From Mobula hypostoma (taxonomy: Eukaryota): 64,000 nt of DNA. Positions 22,686-34,879 of the stretch are shown here, one piece after another (the stretch's first letter is position 1; every line of letters begins with the position of its first letter). A program made the translations under genes and the position numbers. The notes under the pieces were generated by a model. It did not search any database. It worked only from the letters and a program-made list of their open reading frames with translations, and had not been told where the DNA came from. The stretch lies in the NCBI RefSeq assembly GCF_963921235.1, contig NC_086097.1, positions 47,742,001 through 47,806,000 of the forward strand, read 5' to 3'.

Positions 22686-24261
22686 TACCACCCAGGAATC
22701 TTTCACTTGTCTACAGCACCTCTAGTGAATCCCCTGTCACCACAATTCACCTCTTCTCCACACTTCCCTTCTGAGTCACAGACTCAGTGCCAGAGGCCTG
22801 ACCGCTGTGACTTTCCTCTGCTCGGTCAATTCCACCCCCCCCCCCCCCCCGCCGGTATATTCCTGTTGCTGGGAGGATGACCACAGGGTTGCTCTGCACT
22901 GGCTATCCTTTCTCCTTCCTGAGTTTCACTCAGTTTCCTGTAACTACTTGGATGTAACTACCTCTCCTCATGTCATATCTATCACCCCCTCAGCTTTCCG
23001 AATGATCTGGAGTTCATCCAGTTCCAGCTCCAGCTTCCTAACGCAGCTTGTTAGAGGCTGCAGCTGGATGTACTTCTTGCAGGTGTCGTCGTCAGGGACA
23101 TTGGAGGTCTCCCTGCCTTCCCATTCAACATTGATGAGCATTCAACTATCCTGCCTGTCAATCCCACTCTTCTAATCCAATACATAAAAAGAAGGAAAAC
23201 AATAAATAAACTGGGGGCGTGGAATCTACCTACAGCTTTTTGCTTTCTGTCACTCAAACCTCTCCTCGCGGAAGCCTCAAAATCCCCACTCAAACACTGT
23301 CCAGTCTAATGATCGCTGCTCTGCTTTCCCCTTCCTTGTTTTAATTTGTTCTTGCCAATTAATCCCGATCACTGATTGGCTACTGCTCAAAACACCAAAC
23401 TGCCATGAGTTGATGCCATGTGTACTCATTTGGTGAGCTTGACTGAGCTAAGTCTTCTCACGGTTTGGATCTCTGATTGACCGCTACAGTGGTATTTAAC
23501 GTGCTGAAGTAAGATATTTAGCTTGACTAATCTCTGCAAACTGGAGCTTTTATACCACATATAAATTTTCTTATAGAGGGATTGTAAGTTTTGTATATCA
23601 TGAAAATGCCATGAAATAATTAAGGCTGATAGAACTTTGTGTATCTTGAGGTGACAAGAAGATAGAAATTATCTTTAAGCTTTTTCCATGTCATAACTAA
23701 ATTATAATTAGGATTACAGACACCCCTGCATTAAAGCATGAAGTTGCATTCCAGGAAAGGAATCGGTAACACAAAGCCATTCCATCTATGCCTTCATTAA
23801 GAAATGCATATTGATAAAATAAAATATGTACTTATTTATTTGTCTACATTTTTCACTTAAATTCAATGAGAACAAATTTCATTCTGTATTTTATATTTTT
23901 TGGAAATGATTTATGAATTCTGTTACTTAAATTGCCATAGCATAAGGTTGCCTGTACCTTGGGAAAGTTCTCCAACCAGATCTTTGAAGGGCATATTGAC
24001 TTTGCAGAAAATGCAGTTTAGATTTACAAGAATACTATCTATAGTTATTAGCAAAATCCATTTTTATTTCTTACATTCATTTTAAAATGAGAAGGTATTA
24101 GTCAGATATTATGTGCAGGTATGCCCCTTGCCAATATATTTTAATGTGCTTGGATTTCTCTGTGTTATTATGTAATAAAGTAATGTCATATATTGGTTAA
24201 TGTTAAGTAATTATTTTGTTGCAGAAGTGATTTCTAATTTTTTTTTTGTTCTTCAAATAAG

Positions 24262-24384
24262 GTTGGATTAGGAAAGCAAGTTGGTACCAACACACAACTC
24301 ATGTATGTGACAACAGGCGTTCTTCTTCAAAAAATTATCAATGCAAAATGCTTGACTGAATTTACACACATCATCATTGATGAA
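24262..24384 (+). CDS. TDRD9: TDRD9 exon: VGLGKQVGTNTQLMYVTTGVLLQKIINAKCLTEFTHIIIDE
   Basis: aag acceptor, gtaggg donor; motif Ib and start of the DEVH box. Confidence 0.95.
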
Positions 24385-26576
24385 GTAGGGTATATTTAAT
24401 CAACTTTTTCATCCTTTATTTACAAAGCATGAATTTGTGTGTGTGTTATTTTCACTTGTACCTTTACAAATTCCTATTTTTTTCAGTAAATGAATAATTG
24501 TAATCTTTTATATAGCTATCATAATAATAACATGTAAAAAGTTTGCTAGAGGAGGCGGCCACAAAGCTGCTTTAAATAAGTCTGCTATTGATCTGACCTT
24601 GGCCTTTACTACCTCCTCCAGCATGCCTCATTCATCTGTTGCCTCAGATCCATTTTTCTTGTTCACAGATGTTTTCACTGATACAGCTTTTGCAGCTCCT
24701 GAGAAGTAAGAATTCCACAGATCCTAGCCCTTCTAAAAGGAGAAATTCCTTCCTTGTCTCAAATTGAATAGAGAAGAACTGATTCTAAAATGATTGTTTC
24801 TAAATCTTTATCTCCTTATGAGGAGATATCTTCTCAGTATCTTCCTTGTCAAGCTCTTTGGAATCTTGCTTCAAGAGGGCCATCTCTTACTTAGTGCAGG
24901 GATAATATTCTAACCACCCTTCCCCACAACCCAAGGAGCCTGGAACCAGGGAATCATGTTCTCATTATAAGTGGGCTGTTATTTCTCTCTGAGATGAGAA
25001 GAGTATTTTTCCTATGTACCATAGTGAATCTTTGGAATTCTTCATTCAAGAGAGACGAGGATTTTAATTGCTGAGTAAACATAATACATTGATTTTATAG
25101 CTTTATACATGTTCAGGGTATCAGTAAAATCAGTACAGTAAAGTGGTACTGAAGTAAAAGATGTTGATGAATGACAGCAAGGGGGTCAAATAGCACATGC
25201 CTGCTTCTATTATAGTTATGGTTGATTATAGTTTAATGCTAGGTCACCCTGACTTCTTCAAAATAAATGATTTTTTTAATGAAATACTTATAATGTTCAG
25301 TTTTAATCAGTTAATGGTAACTATTTTCCTTTGTATAGTGTGTTAAAGGGCTATAAAGTTAATGTTTTGCAATTTGCTTCTGAGCTTTTCATTAGCTAAT
25401 GTCAAATTAGATGCTTCAGTTATTTAAACATGTGGAAAGGGTGTTTCCTTCTGTGGGAAAATCTAGCACTAGGATCATTTTCTACTAGTGGGAACAGTCG
25501 TCTTGATTCATTAAAGATAGATCAGCTTTTTTGAGGAGTGAATTCCCTTCCTCAAAGTTTTGTGACAAAAGTAGCTGAAGATAAACAAGTGGGTGAACGG
25601 CTACTTTGGAGTTGAGGTAATGATCAGATTACTCACTTAAATGGCGGAGCAGGTTGGAGGGCCTTTTGGATCTCTGTTCAATTACTGATTCTTGGGATTT
25701 CTTCCAGGAGTCAAGAATGACAAGCTGTCTGAATTCCAAGATTTCGGTTCATTTTAGAGTGCAAACAAATATGCACGTACTAAGCAAATGAAAAGAGCTG
25801 AAAAACAACGCTCAGAGGGAAATTAATGTTAAGGGGTGTAAGACAAAGGAATAAAAGATGGTGCTTCTGAAAAATCTATCACTTTTATAGATGACGTAAA
25901 GAAAATTCCTTAGATTGTGATTAATAGGTTATGTAATTAAAACAATTGCATCACTTGGGCTATGTGTTAATACTGAGGCAATCAGGAAGGTGATAAGGCA
26001 GTAGTTTAACTGCTATAGCACTTCCATTGGGTGTTTTTGTTAAGGAATTAAAAATCTTATTACAAGTATTATTTTAAAGATCAGTGGTTTCCAACAAGTC
26101 ATATTAGCTCAGCCTTGCTTCTGCTCCATATGTTTACGTGTAAATTGGCGTTGGCCAAATTGAGTTTTGGGATAGGATTTGTCCTTATTAGTAACCATTC
26201 ACCATTGTTGAACATAAAATAATTTTGCTAAATCTTTCCACTCAGTGAGAGTGACTAACCTGGAGTAAAGCACTTTTAGGGGTTCTGGCATATTTAAACC
26301 CATGCAAGAGTCTTTAGGAAATTTGACAGGAAAAAGCGAAACTAATTCATTTTCTGATGAGCGCACTCCAATTTTCTGGTGCTTATAAGCAAAATATGTG
26401 TACTGCAGAAATAAGTTTGGAATCAATATTTTGGATTCAAATGTTATTGAGTAGGTAGATGTTGCTTTGCATTGTTGAAAGCAATCAGTACAAAAGTAAT
26501 CTGTTATCATATAAGGCAGGTTTGATAGTAATAGTAAACATTAACCTTTTTGATTAATTGGTGTAATTGTGTCTAG

Positions 26577-26657
26577 GTTCATGAGCGTAGTGAAGAAATG
26601 GACTTTTTGTTGTTGATTGTTCGTAAGCTGCTACGTACTAATTCACGGTTGGTTAAG
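26577..26657 (+). CDS. TDRD9: TDRD9 exon: VHERSEEMDFLLLIVRKLLRTNSRLVK
   Basis: tag/gtgaga; completes DEVH. Confidence 0.95.
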
Positions 26658-27169
26658 GTGAGATGATATTATATACCCCATGGATAACATCAATGCTGCA
26701 TCTATTCAAAAGATAGCTCTTACAAGAATTGGAATGTATATGTTCCAAATAGATTAGCTTGGGAGCAAAAGAATGTACATAATCCTTAAGGATCTGTTTT
26801 CCATCTTCCTTTCTCTCAGGTTTGTTTGCCAGACTTTACTGGATTATGGAATAAATTAATTTTGTTTGTGGCATGTCATAACTCACTATATAGTAATGTT
26901 TACATAAGTACAGCAAGAGTACAAACACAGAAAAAGACTTGTAAAGTTGAATTTGGCTCTGTATGAAAGCATCTATTTGTCCTACTCTCCCTCCATAGAG
27001 CCATACAGATTCATTCTTTCCACGTGCCTATCTTGCTCTCTTTATTGAAACTTTCACTAATCACCTTTATTATGTGGCCTCTAGTTCTTGAATCCTCTAC
27101 CAATGGGTACAGTATTTGTACTGATGGAAACAGTATCAGTATGCACCATAATTATAAATACAAAACAAA

Positions 27170-27980
27170 AACAAAGGATATTGGAAGCGGTCAAACTTGT
27201 GCACCAATGCCTCTACTTTCTCAGGAAGTTAAAAGAACTTTGTATGTACCTGTTGTCCCTCACCAATTTTTATCGATGCACCATAGAAAGCATCTATCTG
27301 GATGCATTATGGCATGGTATGGCAGCTTCTCTGTCCAAGATGACAAGAAACTGCGGAGAGTTGTAGGCACAGCTTCGTATGTCGCAAAAAAACTTGCATC
27401 CCTTCCATGGACTCTGTCTACATTTCTCACTGCCTTAGTAATCAGCCAGCATAATTGTAGACCTTGACCATCCTGGATATTCTCTCTTCTCTCCTGAAAA
27501 ACATGTACCACCTTGGCTCAAGGGCAGTTTCTATTCTAGACATAAGAAATTCTATAGATGCTAGAAATCTTTAGCAACACACACAATGCTGGAGAAATTC
27601 AACAGCTCAGGTAGCATCTACGGAGAGGAATAAACAGTTAATGATTTAAACCAAGACCTTGGTAAATGTCTCGGTTTAAAATGTTGACTCCTTATTTCCT
27701 TCGAGAGATGCTGGCTAACTTGCTGAGTTCCTCCAACGTTATTTGTGTGCATCTTCTCTTCTGTTATAAGTCTGTTGAATGAGCAATCTACCTTGTCATG
27801 GTCATGACCTAGCACCTTGTTGTCTGCCTGCACTGCATTATATAATCTGCATTCTGTTATTACCTTTCATTGTACTGCCTCAGTGTACTGATATGATGAA
27901 ATAATCTGCATGGATGGCATGCAGTGTAAATATTTTCACTGTATCTCATTATATGTGACAATAATAAATGAATTTACCAA
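27170..27980 (+). mobile_element. Degraded Rex1-like 3' fragment interrupted by a Penelope-derived hairpin repeat (about 27545-27755)
   Basis: LYFLRKLK, LTNFYRCTIES, GCIMAWYG; internal inverted arms tgctggagaaattcaacagc / gctgagttcctccaacg. Confidence 0.6.
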
Positions 27981-28284
27981 ACACTAGATTGAGCTGTACC
28001 AGTAGGGAGAGAAACTATGATAACAATCCTTTTGTAACTTTGAGGGATGGTGGGTTGTGGAGAGAACTAAGTATATCTGATTAACTGTAGATTATTTGGA
28101 AAAACAAGCATTTGGAGACTGAAAGAAAAGCAAAAAAATTGGAACAGAAATGTACATCCATTTCCATGGGTTTGGTGGATGCTTAACCCGAAATTATTAA
28201 GTCCCATTGACTATAATGTAACAAGACCAAAGATGAGGTGCTGTTACAGCCAGTACTCTCTTTGTGCAGAGCAAAACAGAGACT

Positions 28285-28893
<609 letters not shown>

Positions 28894-29226
28894 TGTGCAA
28901 ATGAATTGCTCCTTTGCCTAGAAGGACTGTTTAGATCCCTGGATATTGGGAAGGGATGAGGAAAAAATGGCAAATATGGCAACTGGAATTGTGTGAGAAA
29001 GCTCTGAGGGGGAAAAATGAATAATTGTTGGTGATGGAAAAGTAGATTTGGAAGTTGTGGAAGAAGAATGCCTTTCAGAATTCTAAAAGTGAAGGGTAAG
29101 ATGTGTCTGCTGATGGATTTTCTATTATTTTAGTTATTCTATAAAACATTTTTGGATTTATCTGTTATGTCTATCATGGAGATTTGGTTCCAAGCTATGA
29201 AATCAATGTTTTTCTAATTATTTCAG

Positions 29227-29388
29227 GTGGTCTTAATGTCTGCAACCATTAATTGTATGGAGTTTGCCAACTACTTTGCAGTGCCATTCCGGAATAGCCT
29301 GACCCCAGCATATGTATTTGAGGTGGAAGGAACCCCACACAGCATTGATGAATATTATCTTGATGATATTCAACATCTTCACTGCCCA
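29227..29388 (+). CDS. TDRD9: TDRD9 exon: VVLMSATINCMEFANYF...DDIQHLHCP
   Basis: tttcag/gtgaga; motif III SAT. Confidence 0.93.
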
Positions 29389-29729
29389 GTGAGATTATTT
29401 CAAAATAAAATATTGAATATTTTAGTAAAAGGACAATCTTTATGCAAAATATAACTTTTCTTTCATTGACATTCTGATATGTAATCACAGTGAACAGCAT
29501 AGTTTGGTGAAAAAACATGTTTTAATCTTGATTATGCAGTTATGCTTGACTGGAGTTCTAATAATCTATAGGATGATGCCTCAATTTGACAAGATGGTTT
29601 TAAGTGCAAACCTTTTGTGTATGTATATGGCTGTATTTAATGAATTTGTGTCTGATTTATAGAAGCTTGCCTTGTAGGCTTCTGTAGTCTGCTGACTAAG
29701 CAAATTTTAGATAATTTTGTTAGATTATT

Positions 29730-31952
29730 TCTTCAGCGGTTTGATTGGGGCACAACTGCGCCAGCGTGTGGATGTCAGCCAGTTGGAACAGTGAGAAGAG
29801 TTTAAAAGGAGACAGCTTTATAGAGCGGGCAACAGAGTTGGGGGAGACAGAGTAGAAAAGCTTTGGCTCAGCGGGGCTTCGGCAATAAGGGGTCAAGGCG
29901 AGGTAGGTTATCTGTGTAGAATACAGACGGAAAATATGTATGTGAGGCCGGTGTTCTGTGCTCAGTGTCAGATGTGGGGAGTCCTGGAGATTTCCAGCCT
30001 CCTGGATGGCCACATCTGTGCCAGGTGCATGGACTGTGTTAGGGAACTGGAGATGCAGCTCGATGACCTTCGTCTGGTCAGGGAAAGTGAGAAGGTGATA
30101 GGAGCGACAGGCAGATAGTCGCGCTGGGGCCTGGGGAGACAGATAAGTGGGTAACAGGAGAGGGAAGGATAGGAGTCAGAGGCTAGAGAGCACCCCTGTG
30201 GCTGTACCCCTTGACAATAAGTACTCCTGCTTGAGTACTGTTGTGGGAGACAGCCTACCTGGGGGAAGCAACAGTAGCTGCGCCCCTGGCACAGAGTCTG
30301 GCCCTGTGGCTCAGAAAGGTATGAAAAGGAAGAGGATGGCAGCAGTGATAGGGGACTCTATAGTTAGGGGGTCAGACAGGCAATTCTGTGGACGCAGGAA
30401 AGAAGCATGGACGGTAGTTTGCCACCCAGGTGCCAGGGTCTGGGATGTTTCTGATCGAGTCCATGATATCTTGAAGTGAGAAGGAGAACAGCCAGAGGTC
30501 ATGGTACATATTGATACCAACAACATAGGTAGGAAAAGGGAAGAGATCCTGAAAACAGACTTCAGGGAGTTAGGAAGGAGGTTGAGAAGCAGGACCTCAA
30601 AGGTAGTCATCTCGGGATTACTGCCTGCGCCACGTGACAGTGAGTATAGGAATAGAGTGAGGTGGAGGATAAATATGTGGCTGAGGGATTGGAGCAGAGG
30701 GCAGGGATTCAGATTTCTGGATTATTGGGACCTCTTTTGGGGCAAGAGTGACCTGTACAAAAGGATGGGTTGCACTTGAATCCCAGGGGGACCAATATCC
30801 TGGCGGGGAGGTTTGCTAAGGCTTTTGGGGAGAGTTTAAACTAGGTTTGCTTGGGGGGGGGGGAGGGAGGTGGTGGGAACCAAACTGAAGAGACAGAGGA
30901 AGAGATGGTTCGCTCACAAATAGAGAAAGCTTGGAGACAGTGCGATAGGCAGGTGATAGAGAAGGGACTTGCTCAGACCGATGGTTTGAGATGTGTCTGT
31001 TTTAATGCAAGGAGTATTATGAACAAAGCAGATGAGCTTAGAGTGTGGATCAGTACTTGGAGCTATGATGTGGTGGCCATTACAGAGACTTGGATGGCTC
31101 AGGGGCAGGAATGGTTACTTTGAGTGCCAGGCTTTAGATGTTTCAGAAAGGACAGGGAGGGAGGCAAAAGAGGTAGTGACCAGAGATAGTGTCACGGCTG
31201 CGGAAATGGAGTAAGACATGGAGGGATTGTCTATGGAGTCTTTGTGGGTGGAAGTTAGGAACAGGAAGAGGTCAATAACTCTACTGGGTGTTTTTTATAG
31301 ACCACCCAATAGTAAAAGGGACATAGAAGAGCAGGTAGAGAGATAGATTCTGCAAAGGTGTAATAATAACAGGGTTGTCGTGGTGGGAGATTTTCATTTC
31401 CCAAATATCGATTGGCATGTCCCTAGAGTGAGGAGTTTAGATGGGGTGAAGTTTATTAGGTGTATTCAAGAAGGATTCTTGACACAATATGTAGATAAGC
31501 CTACGAGAGGAGAGGCTGTACTTGATCTGGTATTGGGAAATGAACCTGGTCAGGTGTCCGATCTCCCAGTGGGAGAGTATTTTGGAGATGGTGATCATAA
31601 TTCTATCTCCTTTACAATAGCATTGGAGAGGGATAGGAACAGACACATTAGGAAAGCGTTTAATTGGAGTAAGGGGAAATATGAGTCTGCCAGGAAGAAA
31701 CTTGGAAGCATAAATTGGGAATAGATATTCTCAGGGAAATGTACGGAAGAAATGTGGCAGATATTCAGGGGATATTTACGTGGAGTTCTGCATAGGTACA
31801 TTCCAGTGAGACAGGGAAAGGATGGTAGGGTACAGGAACCATGGTGTACAAAGGCTGTTGTAAATCTAGTCAAGAAGAACAGCAGAGCTTACGAAAGGTT
31901 CAAAAAACTAGGTAATGATAGAGATCTCGAAGATTATAAGGCTAGCAGGAAG
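29730..31952 (+). mobile_element. CR1 LINE 5' part (ORF1 zinc finger and SGNH esterase, ORF2 EN), 3'-truncated and degraded
   Basis: CAQCQMW...HICARC, VIGDSIVRG, RTSKVVISGLLP, CFNARSIMNKADEL, GDFHFPNIDW. Confidence 0.88.
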
Positions 31953-32395
31953 AACAAAAATAAAAGGACCCATTATAATAAAACAGTCAAATGTGCACAA
32001 AGGTGGAGCTCAGATCTGCCAAAATCTGGAGGTGTCCAGGTACACACGGCACCAGCTCCTATTCACTGATCACCAGTTGAACTTTCCATCTTAGACTCCA
32101 TTGAATCGCGCATTCCAGTTGGATCGAATCCTACGGCTGGTTCTCTCAATCTTCTCTCATCTCCTGCCAAAAAGGGCCTCAACCCCTTTATTGTTCATCA
32201 CAAAACCTCTCCACCCAGTTTTCTCTAGAACCTTCTCCCAATTCCACCATCCTGATTGGCTGACCCAACATTCGTAAGCTGAACATCACAACCCTTATAT
32301 TTAGCAGTATCCCAAACACTGCCAGCAGAGCACCCTGCTTCTACAAAAAACTATGAAATGAAATGTCTCACAGCATCAGCAGTAAAATCTTAACA
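31953..32395. mobile_element. Partial LTR related to 32728-33633
   Basis: Shared blocks aaaagg.cccatt...aaacagtc.aatgtgca, attggct and agcagt.aaa.ctta. Confidence 0.55.
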
Positions 32396-32727
32396 GTAAG
32401 ATCGAAACAAAGCAGGAAATTTCTTAGTCATTCATGGAGACTAATGAAGCACTAGACATCTTCAGAATGGTTAAAGTTAAATACAATTTGATCTGACAAC
32501 TTGTATACTGAACTTGAGACAATGTGCAGAAATCAGATTGAGATTTTAAAGTAGTCAAAGGGAAAGAGGTCTGCTGAACTTTGGTATTCAACAAGATGTC
32601 TTTCAATTTGTAGTTTAAACAAATTTATTGTCTTGATAGGTAATTAAGTTTTTGATATGTCTATTTTTGGTACAGGAGCATAATGGTTAAGTTGCTGTAT
32701 CTAGACTAATAGCACATAATGTATCTC

Positions 32728-33633
32728 TGTGATCCTTGGTTCGGTTAGCGGCTTAATCTAGGGAATGATAGCCCCCGGCCCGGCCAAACTTAAAAAATCT
32801 CGTTTGGGTGGATGCTGTGCGATGTGTCCCCTGTTACAAATCAGTACCATGAAGTAACAAACAGTACACAATATGCAATTAAATGATTGAGCTTTATAAT
32901 TCTTAATTTGACTATATGGTTAGTAAAGAAACAAAAAAAAGAAAAGGGCCCATTCTCATGAAACAGTCTAATGTGCAAACGTTGAGCTCAGAGTGTCGTT
33001 CATTTGTTCCTGTCGTCCTCCTCTGAGCATTGCCGACCCTTGCTCCTGAGTCCACTCCGTCTGGCGGTCTACCAATTCTGTCTATTCACGTCCTCTCTCT
33101 TCGTTGCTCCGCATGAAAAGACCACAAAATCCCTCTCCCAGACACACAAGAAAGAACAACATTCCGCTCATTGGCTAACATGCCCCATTAAGGTAAGGCA
33201 TCCGTTAGTCTTGCGAGACCATGGATCTGCGCCTGGAAAGTCTTCACTCTCCAGGGCGCAGGCCTGGGCAAGGGCCTTGGGGTATGGAAGACTGGCAGTT
33301 GCCCATGCTGCAAGTCTCCCCTCTCCACGACACCGATGTTGTCCAAGGGCAAGGGCCGATACAGCTTGGCACCGGTGTTGTTGCAGAGCAATGTGTGGTT
33401 AAGTGCCTTGCTCAAGGGAACAACACTCTGCCTCGGCTGGGGCTTGAACTCACGACCTTCAGGTCGCTAGTCGAATGCCTTAACCACTTGGCCACGTGCC
33501 CACATACCATGCCCCATTATGTCTAGTCATAACCCAAACATTGCTGCTACAGAGAAACCATTACTTTAGTCTTAGCAGTGAAACATTATTGAGATGCCAT
33601 TACGTTAGCAGTGAAACCTTACAGCGTATTACA
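32728..33633. mobile_element. Solo LTR carrying a SINE insertion
   Basis: TGTGAT...ATTACA ends; flanks TCTC/TTTC (4-bp TSD with one mismatch). Confidence 0.65.
33191..33507 (-). mobile_element. tRNA-derived SINE with CORE-like segment, 12-bp TSD
   Basis: A box TGGCCAAGTGG, B box GTTCAAGCC, ccttgagcaaggcacttaacc; CATGCCCCATTA at 33179-33190 and 33508-33519. Confidence 0.9.
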
Positions 33634-33993
33634 TTTCTATCATAGAAGTTCAAATTCTTATTTTAAACATAAATCCTTAAATTCAATTTCTGAAACTAAC
33701 TGGTTGAATAATAAATCTAATGAAATAAAACTACATCTTACTGGATTTGTTTTGCCATGATGATATTTCACCATCTTTAACTTTCTTCAAAGGCCCAGTA
33801 AGACTCTTGAGTGAATAAGAATGTGTCCCCCTTTACTATCTTATTCAAAGAAACCAGGAATGGCCAGTAAATACAGATTATCAACAATGCCTATATTTCA
33901 TAGATTTGCTTTCTTTATATGCATAAAGTCAATTTGCATTGTTTGATGTATTCTTAGTTACAGAATAATGATTCTTCTATACTTGAATCCTAG

Positions 33994-34097
33994 GTTGTAC
34001 CTCAATTTACCAATGATCCAAAAATTGTTCCTGAAGTCTATACTATAGCTGAAACTCTGATCCTCTATTTTGATGAGTTAGAAAATGAACAAAGCGA
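33994..34097 (+). CDS. TDRD9: TDRD9 exon: VVPQFTNDPKIVPEVYTIAETLILYFDELENEQS
   Basis: tag/gtaagt; phase fits neighbours; weaker similarity to the linker region. Confidence 0.85.
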
Positions 34098-34259
34098 GTA
34101 AGTGACAGCCAGGAATTAATTTATTTTTTGTTCTTACTTTTAGCTGTTTTGGTATTTTGGCAATTACCTCTTTATCAGTGAGTGCATGTAATTATGTACA
34201 TCAATTTATAGCTGGGGCAAATATTAATATGCATATATTAACATATCATTTAATTCTAG

Positions 34260-34312
34260 TAGGTTGACAGGAATGAACTTGAACCGTGGCAGTGTATTGG
34301 TATTTTTGCCAG
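34260..34312 (+). CDS. TDRD9: TDRD9 exon: RLTGMNLNRGSVLVFLPG (alternative start 34263)
   Basis: TAGTAG acceptor, gtacga donor; motif IV. Confidence 0.9.
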
Positions 34313-34879
34313 GTACGACTTTGTATATTAAGACTCAAGTAATGTGCTACACAAAACTTATTCCTTCTTCATGAGTCAAAGACATATCTTGGGGACTAAT
34401 GCTCAATGCTTCAAATGTATTAATTTTAAACTGCACTGGTAAAGATAGTTATTAATACAAGTAAGAATTATTTGTTTTCCATAAGCCATTCTTGGATTGT
34501 TGTAGAATTAACTTATATCTTGGTTCAGAAACCAGCAAAGCATCGAATGACTAAGGTGGTTGTGGATTAATCGTGCTAGAATCTGCCTTCTAACATAAGG
34601 GAAATGTGGTTTGACTGCTGTTCCTGTTACCTGAACTGAACTACATCATGTTGATGGTTTGCTTGTTCTCCCCCTGCTCCCCCCCCCAAACCGCAGCTTC
34701 ACTTCAGCAAATTTTATTACATTAAAATGTGTGCATGCGTTATGACACTTTTTTTCCCCAATGTAGTGGTTGTAAGCCAAAATGATTTTAAATGCAGCTT
34801 TGTCCATGCTTCTATAATAGGATGGCTGTAGTATCAAATTACAGATGTTTCTTTCTGACTGATTTAATTTTGCTAGTTA

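Larger units (their letters stand above)
13081..23450 (-). mobile_element. Near full-length degraded CR1 LINE split by nested insertions (pieces about 13081-15518, 17831-18449, 21761-22096, 22686-23450)
   Basis: Pieces in colinear order: 3' tail, RT (NFSKAFDKV, VDKFPGPD), EN (YFNARSIIGKADEL), ORF1 esterase (RTSRVVILGLLP); junctions match uninterrupted CR1 copies at about 39700, 40360 and 56750; outer ends approximate. Confidence 0.8.

Noticed and set aside
11583..24261. Upstream TDRD9 exon (Walker A, TQPRK) or nested RD3L gene
   Set aside because: No matching peptide seen in the short non-repeat gaps; a TBLASTN would be needed to exclude it fully
33431..33501. tRNA gene
   Set aside because: It is the head of a TSD-flanked SINE; no clear acceptor stem or T-run terminator
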